Origin: Octopus vulgaris
Taxonomy: Eukaryota
DNA length: 64,000 nt
Assembly (NCBI GenBank): GCA_951406725.2
Contig: OX597826.1
Span: 22,878,001-22,942,000 of the forward strand
Direction: 5' to 3'
The position numbers and the translations under genes are program-made. Below the pieces are notes generated by a model. The model was not told the origin of the DNA, did not search any database, and saw nothing but the letters and a program-made list of their open reading frames with translations. Positions 56,091 to 64,000 of the stretch are shown one piece after another (the stretch's first letter is position 1; each line of letters starts with the position of its first letter).

Positions 56091-57980
56091 CGGTTGAACA
56101 GTGAGGACGTGTAGCTTTGAGCTCCGTCCTAAAAAGAAAAAAGAACAAAAACAGTGTTCTTCACGCACCTGTTGAAGTCGTCATGCTGGTATGCAGCTGG
56201 CGAAAGTTGAACTGAAAGACGCTCTACTATAAGGTAAGACTTTTTGCTTTTTGAGTCCAGTAGGATTTGTTGCCTGTTGGTTTTATTTTTTGAACAGGCA
56301 AGGAGTCCTTACTGGATTCGGAGCTTTTTGTCTGCCTTGCGATGGAAACGTGTGTGTTTTCTCACATAATTGTGAGAAATTATTTTTGAAAATTTTTGTG
56401 CCCACGTGGATTAAAAGAATTAGATTACAAGGATAGGCCAGGAGTACCTTTTCGGCCGAAAATTAATTTCTTTGCCAGGATTTGAACTCTTTTCACAACT
56501 ATCATTTATTTTAAAAGAAAGAACTTTTATTGAACTGTTATTTTAATTTTTTCTTCCCTTCGGTTGTGTCTTTCTTTCTTCCTTTTTGTGTCTTTCTTTA
56601 TTTTTCTATTTTGCACTGTATTTGAACTTTTTTTTAAATGGCAAAGGAATTACTTGTGTGGGATTTAACACCTCCCAAATCATGGCTAAAAGAGCTCGAA
56701 AAGAAGACGGTGGTGTTGAGGACTTATTCAATGTCGCTCGATACCATAACCGTCTTCCCGAAAGCCACAATTTTGAAAGAGCTGGCAGAATACATGCCAG
56801 CCATTAAATCTATTTCACGGGGAGTCAAATTTGCAACGGTCTGGTTACTATTTGATTCCCCCCAAGAAGCTTGCGAATTTGCAAGCCAGCCCCTCGAGGG
56901 CAATGAAATTATGTTCCTCCCCAGTTATTATGGGAAAAAGTTAACGAGGACTTGGGTCTGCGATCTGCCACCCGGAATTGAGCCCGAGTGGATAGAGGAC
57001 TCTATCCGCCGGGGTCTGGGTGGTAGCAGTACCAAGCTGCTCAACGTAAAAATTTTGCCTGCGGCTGATTGGGAGGGGTCAAAAGCTGTGTTGACCCTAT
57101 GGACCCAATCAACCGAAAGTCTGGTTTTCCCAGATTTTTTGAGGATGGCCGGGTCTAGGTATCCGGTGATGCTCGAGGGACCCCCCCCCAAGTGTCACCT
57201 GTGCCTGGAAACCGTCCACATCAAGAAAAACTGCCCCAAGGACCAAAATAGGATCCTGGAGCAGTTAACAGAGGAACTACTCCCTGCTCCCTCAATGGAG
57301 GGAGAAAAGAAGGAGGATGTCGAGGAGGTGGAAACCTCCTCGAAAAAACGAAAGCGAAAAGGTGGGCAACAATGGTTGCCCACCGAAGAACCCGAGAGCT
57401 GCGGGAGAAAAGGTGGACCTGCTGGACACAGCAAAGGAACACCACCCTCCCGCGGCCCAAGGGAAAAACAAAAGAAAAAGAAAAACGGGACATTGCCGGC
57501 GGGTTGTGACACGCTGCCGGCGGGTTGTGACACGCTGCCGGCGTGTCCCGATTCTCCATTGGCGGGTGTGTCGCTGGAGGAGGAATTTTTGGTCCTCTTC
57601 CACAAGGGAGGAACCTTGCAAAATGAAATCAATAAAATTGAAAGGAAGTCCTACACGGAGGACCCTGAGTGGCCTTCGCAGGTGGCTGCGGAGGTCATAT
57701 GGGAGAACGATCTATGTAGGATAACGAACTCCTTCCCGAAGGACTCCTTCAGATTTATGTTGAAACCTTTAAGTTCGGAACGGACCAGGTGCTTCGATGA
57801 AGCGAGGAGCCTGGCCGGGAAAAAATTGAAGAGGTGTATTACCTCAAAAAGAGACTAAAAATGTAAAAAGTGAGAGGATTATTGCCTCGTGTTTGTGTTT
57901 TATTTTAAATTTTGAACTGTGTAAGAGGTTTATTGCCTCATTGTGTTTTTAAAAAAAAAAAGAAAAAAGAACAATGTTTT
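56091..57980 (+). mobile_element. Tx1/L1-related element carrying only a 5' UTR and ORF1
   Basis: 5' motif ggacgtgt...gctccgt is shared with the 5' ends at about 33030 and 38840; no ORF2 follows. Confidence 0.6.
56638..57858 (+). CDS. LINE ORF1-like protein with CCHC zinc knuckle, intact, 406 aa
   Basis: SISRGVKFATVWLLFD, FLPSYYGK, DLPPGI and CHLCLETVHIKKNC align with the ORF1s at 47 kb and 38 kb. Confidence 0.8.
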   Translation: MAKELLVWDLTPPKSWLKELEKKTVVLRTYSMSLDTITVFPKATILKELAEYMPAIKSISRGVKFATVWLLFDSPQEACEFASQPLEGNEIMFLPSYYGKKLTRTWVCDLPPGIEPEWIEDSIRRGLGGSSTKLLNVKILPAADWEGSKAVLTLWTQSTESLVFPDFLRMAGSRYPVMLEGPPPKCHLCLETVHIKKNCPKDQNRILEQLTEELLPAPSMEGEKKEDVEEVETSSKKRKRKGGQQWLPTEEPESCGRKGGPAGHSKGTPPSRGPREKQKKKKNGTLPAGCDTLPAGCDTLPACPDSPLAGVSLEEEFLVLFHKGGTLQNEINKIERKSYTEDPEWPSQVAAEVIWENDLCRITNSFPKDSFRFMLKPLSSERTRCFDEARSLAGKKLKRCITSKRD

Positions 57981-58075
57981 AGAGAAGCGAAAGTCGGCGG
58001 GTGCTTTTCGTCTTCTCCCATCCTTATCATCCTTATATTATCATCAGTCATCCCATTAATATATATATATATATA

Positions 58076-59645
58076 TCTTATCTCTATATATAAAACTGAA
58101 ATGCGTTTTTACCGCTTGGATCGCTTTCAATGCCACTACATCCTGACCGATTCGCTCCAAAATTTACAGGGACATGTAGAATGAGGTGACGATGCTCGTG
58201 AGCTACCTTAGAAATCCCTATCTTAAAAGGTGTGGTTGCTAGGGGCCATCTTCCTCACTCACCCTATTTCCTCCAGTACCCTCTCACTCCTCTTCATTTG
58301 ACAATGCCACTACCGTTATTCAATGTAAAGTCTTCCTCAAATCACTCTCTCGCTATTTCCTCTCTTCCAAGAACATTTTCACTCACTCTATCTCTTACCT
58401 TCCTATACATTTTACTCATGTATCTATCTGCGTTCATAGACAGTAACAAATATTACATTGCCATCGCCATCGCATTCTATTGTCTACCTGTCAACACACA
58501 CACACACACACATATATATATACATATATCTAATATTATATTTTTATGTTTTTTTTTTTTACTGTTTCATTTCCCTATTAGTGGTTTGATCTCTAATTTA
58601 ATTTCTACAGCGTGCACACACACACACACACACACACCTATATGTGGCCCCAGTAGACCCGAATGAAATCGGGTTCTCTTCATCAAAATGTGAAAAGGGG
58701 TCTAGAATTATCATCGCCACAACTTATGTTTTTCCTAATGATAATTATCATCGCCACCACCAACACACAATCATGACAATCTTTCTCTTAAAACAAATCA
58801 TGTTTACATTGCAAAATATTTCATTTTCCCGTCCTCTCTTTCATATATGTGACCCAGGTTTGGGTGGCCGCACACCTACAATTAGACAACGGCTAAAAAT
58901 ATTCGATGTTGATAATGCCTGGATCGTTCCATTCAACCCTTTGCTTTCCAAAACATTTAATGCACACATTAATGTTGAGTACTGCAGTTCGGTGAGATGC
59001 ATACAATACCTCTATACAATACATTAATAAGGGCGATGATATGGCTGTGTTTGTGTTCAGTGATGAAGACATTAGACATGACGAAATTAAACAATTCGTT
59101 TTCGGTAGGTTTATATCCTCCAATTATGCAGCGTGGCGCATTTTTGGATACGAGATTCATCTAAGCTCACCATCAGTTTTCCACCTGAATGTTCATTTAC
59201 AGAAGAGACAGCTGGTTTACTTCACAGAGAAAAATGCACGTCAAGTCATTGAAAATCCAAAAGGGACTACGCTTGCAGCGTTTTTTAAATTGTGTTCAGT
59301 TGATGAGTTTGCTGCTACTCTCATTTACCCTGAAGTACCGGAATATTACACATACAACAACAATAATTGGAAGCGCAGGTCACATGGAACAGAACTTGAC
59401 AATTGGCCCGGTGTTTCTAGGAAGAACGTCATTGGGCGTGTGTATAATATTCATCCTACCAAACAGGAAATCTTCTTGTTGAGAATGCTGCTTCATGTAG
59501 TTACTGGACCGAAGTCTTTTGCTGATCTTCGCACGGTTGATGGTATCATCTGCGCCACTTACAGGAGAGCATGTTTGAGGCGCGGACTACTTCTCAATGA
59601 CGACGACTTACACAGGACATTAGCAGAGGCCTCAAAATGAAATTA

Positions 59646-59721
<76 letters not shown>

Positions 59722-59763
59722 ATCTATATATAAATATGTATATATACAAAGTGTATATATCTG

Positions 59764-59813
<50 letters not shown>

Positions 59814-59876
59814 GTATACATTTATATATATATACCACACACTTACCCGCGCGTAGAGTGGGTCACTTTCAGCTAG
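58076..59876 (+). mobile_element. Non-autonomous Helitron with RepHel remnant
   Basis: 5' a|TC...tatatataaaa; 3' hairpin acccgcgcgtagagtgggt followed by CTAG|t at 59873-59876. Confidence 0.85.
58895..59640 (+). pseudogene. Helitron RepHel fragment
   Basis: VDNAWIVPFNPLLSKTFNAHINVEYCSSV...YINKG.DMA...DEIKQF..GRFISS..AAWRIF.YEIH...IGRVY...LLRMLLHVVTGPKSFADLRTVDG. Confidence 0.9.
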
Positions 59877-60021
59877 TATATATCTACAATATATACACAA
59901 TATATATACTGAACTTTACAGAAGTTCCTGCCGGTAATCGGCTATATTTACATACCGAATTCTACCAGTAAATAATTGGGGTTTTTTTAAAAAGCCTTTA
60001 TAGAAATTATTTACTCTTATC

Positions 60022-60062
<41 letters not shown>

Positions 60063-60066
<4 letters not shown>

Positions 60067-60447
60067 TGGCTGTGTGGTAAGCCGCTTGCTAACCAACCAC
60101 ATGGTTCCGGGTTCAGTCCCACTTCGTGGCATCTTGGGCAAGTGTCTTCTGCTATAGCCCCGGGCCGACGAATGCTTTGTGAGTGGATTTGGTAGACGGA
60201 AACTGAAAGAAGCCTGTCGTATATATGTATATATGTATGTGTGTGTTTGTCCCCCTAGCATTGTTTGACAACCGATGCTGGTGTGTTTACGTCCCCGTCA
60301 CTTAGCGGTTCGGCAAAAGAGACCGATAGAATAAGTACTGGGCTTACAAAGAATAAGTCTCGGGGTCGATTTGCTCGACTAAAGGCGGTGCTCCAGCATG
60401 GCCGCAGTCAAATGACTGAGACAAGTAAAAAGAGTAAAAAGAAAGAG
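60063..60447 (+). mobile_element. Full-length tRNA-derived SINE (family D)
   Basis: gtggctgtgtggtaag...ggttcagtccc head, internal (TA/TG)n and a 3' half identical to 12270-12482. Confidence 0.85.
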
Positions 60448-60467
60448 TATATTTATATATATATATT

Positions 60468-60500
<33 letters not shown>

Positions 60501-60633
60501 ATTTATATATATATATATTTATATTTATATATATATATATTTATATATATATATATTTATATATATAATTTGTATACATTTATATATATATACCACACAC
60601 TTACCCGCGCGTAGAGTGGGTCACCTTCAGCTA

Positions 60634-60692
<59 letters not shown>

Positions 60693-60694
<2 letters not shown>

Positions 60695-61289
60695 AAATAT
60701 TAAGGAAAGACCCTTACAGGTCATTCGACTCACTTGAAAAGAGCAGCCAAAGCTCAAACCGCAAAAATAGTAGTAATTCTGAAAGCTAAAGGAGAAATAA
60801 AAACGTTTATCCTTTTCAACTTTGTACCCTGCAAGGTTTCAACAATTTTTACGCAATCGAACTTAATTAAATTAAATTAAATCCGTTTACGATTGGTTTG
60901 TGTCATCAGCAAAGTCCCAAAAGAGAAGGCGAACATATATACACGAGGCGATACCACTGAAGCCCCGAGTATATATATCCTAATTTTTCGAAATCCAGCG
61001 TAACCGCGCCAACTACTCAGCAGCAAATATAAACTGCTGATACAATTTCAGAATTAGTCAAAAATTATTAATTTATCAATATAGGGTAGCAAAAAAATTC
61101 AAGAAAAAATTCAAGAAAAATTTTCTGCAACCTGCGGTCAAGTGAGACAATAGAAATAGTCACAGACTATATAATATATTCAACAAAATATTAAGGAAAG
61201 ACCTTTACAGGTCATTCGACTCACTTGAAAAGAGCAGCCAAAACTCAAACCGCAAAAATAGTAGTAATTCTGAAAGCTAAAGGAGAAAT
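60693..61289. repeat. Segment bounded by about 105-bp direct repeats (60693-60798 and 61184-61289)
   Basis: caaaatattaaggaaagacc...ctgaaagctaaaggagaaat occurs twice. Confidence 0.85.
60819..60915 (-). ncRNA. Type I hammerhead ribozyme with extended stem II
   Basis: Minus strand: actttg-CTGATGA-cacaa...ttgtt-GAAA-cct tgca ggg-TA-caaagt. Confidence 0.75.
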
Positions 61290-62490
61290 TACATCCAAAT
61301 TAGAGGCACGGCGATGGGAACGAGGTTTGCTCCCGTTTACGCCAACTCTGTAATGGGATACTTAGAACAACAACTCTACCAAGAGGTGGAGGTAAACTAT
61401 GGCACTGGATTTAGAAAGTATATTGAAAAGGCATGAAAGAGATACCTAGACGACTGCTTCATAATCTGGACAGAATCTCTAAATACTCTGGAAGAGTTCA
61501 ATATCCTCCTGAACAACCTACACCCATCTCTCCAATTTACAAAGGAGATGAGTAGTACCAAATTACCATTCCTAGATATAATGGTAATTAAAAAAGACAC
61601 CACCATCACCACAAATATATACTATAAACACACAGACACACATCAATACCTAAATTTTAAGTCGTGCCATCCACCACATACAAAACGTAACATCCCATAC
61701 TGCCTAGCCAGAAGAATTTGTACCATTGTAGAAGATGCAAATATCAGGAACAAACGCCTAATAGAACTAAGAGAATTTTTGCTCAAACAAAAATACCCAT
61801 CTCTACTTATAGAAAATGGCATACAGCGGGCTATAAAAATACCCATACAACAACTTAGGACAACCCAAGGAAGAGGAAAACAAGAACAAGTCATACCATT
61901 CATAGTGACACACAACCCATGTCACCAGAATATCTTCAACATTGCCAAAGCAAACCTACCAATCATTGCCCAAAGTAATGAATTAAAAGACATAATCACG
62001 GATCGAGCTATGGTGCTTAGTAAAAGACAGCCTAAAAACTTGTAAACATTACTAACAAAGGCAAAATTTGACCTTAGCAACAAAGACCAAACATTCACGG
62101 TATCTAAATGCAATGATAGCCGATGTGGCACATGCCAATTCATACATACCGGTCAATATATAAACACAAAAACAGGGGAAAATATTCACAAACGCGAATA
62201 TGAACTGCAAAAGCAGAAATTTAATTTACTGCATCAAATGCCCAAATTGTGAAGAAATATATGTAGATCAGACGTGAAACGCACTATTAGAACGCTCACG
62301 TGTACACCGGCAACAGATTAGAGACCCAGAGGTCCGTCAGATACCTTTGAGTAACCACCTAGCAACATGTGGCCGGAAAATGTATATAATATTTCCGTTC
62401 TACAAATTACACAGCCCAAGAGAAATCGAGAGGAGAATCAGAGAAAAGAATTTTATTGATAAATTCGAACCCAAGCTAAATAAGCAATAA
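61290..62490 (+). pseudogene. Penelope-like RT and GIY-YIG endonuclease, 5'-truncated and degenerate
   Basis: YIQIRGTAMGTRFAPVYAN, RYLDDCFIIW, LPFLD, YYKHTDTHQYLNFKSCHPPH, C.DSRCGTC, LIYCIKCPNCEEIYV.QT, R.H. Confidence 0.92.
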
Positions 62491-62983
62491 TAATAATACT
62501 TAGAGGTATTACTTCCACTGCTACGACCATGACCACTAACAACAACAACAATACTAAAGGTGATCAAGACGAAGATAGCAGGAAAATTATCTTATTTAGG
62601 GTTAAAGTTCTATTGCCACCACCATCACCACTAGCAACAATAATTAAGGTGCTGACAATGATGATGATGACAATTGAAATATAAAAATATAAAAATCTCT
62701 GACAAAGGATATTTACAACATTTCTAAAAATAACCCAACAATTGCTGCTTCGGCCAGGGTCAAGATACAGGACTCTTGACATGTCCAACAAAGCGTGATG
62801 CCTAAACCAATCAGCTCAACCAACCAATCAGCTTAAGTAATTGAGTGATACTACACACTGATTGGTCAGAATACAGTTTGCAAAACCTAGCACTCTGGAG
62901 CCTACCCAGCTGTATTTATAGCACAGAATCAATCATCTTGCTACAGTCAAAAATTGTGAAGCATGACTGTCAACACTACTACA

Positions 62984-63028
62984 TGAACCCGAAGATTGCA
63001 GAATTCAATGCATGAAAGTACTAGTTCA
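62984..63028 (+). ncRNA. Type I hammerhead in the Penelope 3' pLTR, CCGAAGA core variant
   Basis: tgaac-CCGAAGA-ttgca gaattcaa tgcat-GAAA-gtac-TA-gttca, about 0.5 kb downstream of the PLE ORF. Confidence 0.8.
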
Positions 63029-63205
63029 ATCAGAATGAACATTTAACATTCTACTATTTCATTTTATTTTATTCAATTATAATATATTATCTTATAATAT
63101 ATCATTATAAGATTGTAAATAAAACGTGAAAATCAGACAAGGTTGGAATTCCTTTTATTAATATATTCTTCTATACACAATCACACACACCCATATATAT
63201 ATATA

Positions 63206-63262
<57 letters not shown>

Positions 63263-63264
<2 letters not shown>

Positions 63265-63637
63265 ATTGTTATATTTCGGAATGGTCATTTTGCCAGTTTA
63301 GTCAATAAAAACACACGCACTATATATTTGGTGTTATTTTGCTTCAGTATTATTTATTTTTTACATTAATCTTAATCTTATTTCGGCCAGAGTTCTTTCG
63401 TCACACTCCTGTGACCGCATCAGTGGTCCTTTGTTTTCTTCTTTCTTATTTGTGTCTCTCCTTACTAACCGTCAGCCTGATGCGGTCACAGGAGTGTGAC
63501 GAAAGAACTCTGGCCGAAATAAGATTAAGATTAATGTAAAAAATAAATAACACTGAAGCAAAATAACACCAAATATATAGTGCGTGTGTTTTTATTGGCT
63601 AAACTGGCAAAATGACCATTCCGAAATATAACAATAT
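63263..63637. repeat. About 160-bp-arm inverted repeat with about 53-nt spacer
   Basis: Arms about 63263-63423 and 63477-63637 with 2 mismatches. Confidence 0.93.
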
Positions 63638-63695
63638 CTGTTTCAACACACGACTTCACATAAAAAATCTTGCACAACAAATATTTAAACGTACT

Positions 63696-63778
<83 letters not shown>

Positions 63779-63780
<2 letters not shown>

Positions 63781-64000
63781 GAGGCGCAATGTCCCAGTTG
63801 TTAGGCCAGCGGACCCGTGGTCGTAGGATCGTGGTTTCGATTCCCAGACCGGGCGATGTGATTGTTTATTGACACCTAAAAGCTCCACGAGGCTCCGGCG
63901 GGGGTAGTGCTCCCTGCTGTACTCTTTTACCACTCTTTCTCCCACTCTTTCTTCTGTTGGCCTACTCGCTTAGCCAGCGGAGTGGCGTCATTCGAAGGCT
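63779..64000 (+). mobile_element. tRNA-derived SINE (family A), runs off the window
   Basis: tggaggcgcaatg...gttagg...ggtttcgattccc head. Confidence 0.8.

Overview
AT-rich, microsatellite-dense eukaryotic DNA made up almost entirely of transposable elements. The SINE families and repeat style look like an octopus (coleoid cephalopod) genome; this is recognition, not verified. I find no host gene exon. The window contains a near-full-length Tx1/L1-type LINE with an intact 1142-aa ORF2 plus four related partial copies, a near-intact R4/Dong-type RLE retrotransposon in (TAA)n, an RTE LINE, Penelope-like RT/GIY-YIG remnants, a Helitron remnant, three Tc1/mariner remnants, a lone LTR and many tRNA-derived SINEs. 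The most unusual signal is a set of long non-coding fold-back palindromes associated with type I hammerhead ribozyme motifs (eight readable motifs from six independent sequences, three of the six with a CCGANGA core). One palindrome (8431-9307) has dense A>G substitutions on the same strand in both arms relative to a downstream copy. That pattern is what ADAR hyper-editing of a hairpin RNA followed by reverse transcription into the genome would leave. All alignments and counts were done by eye and are approximate.
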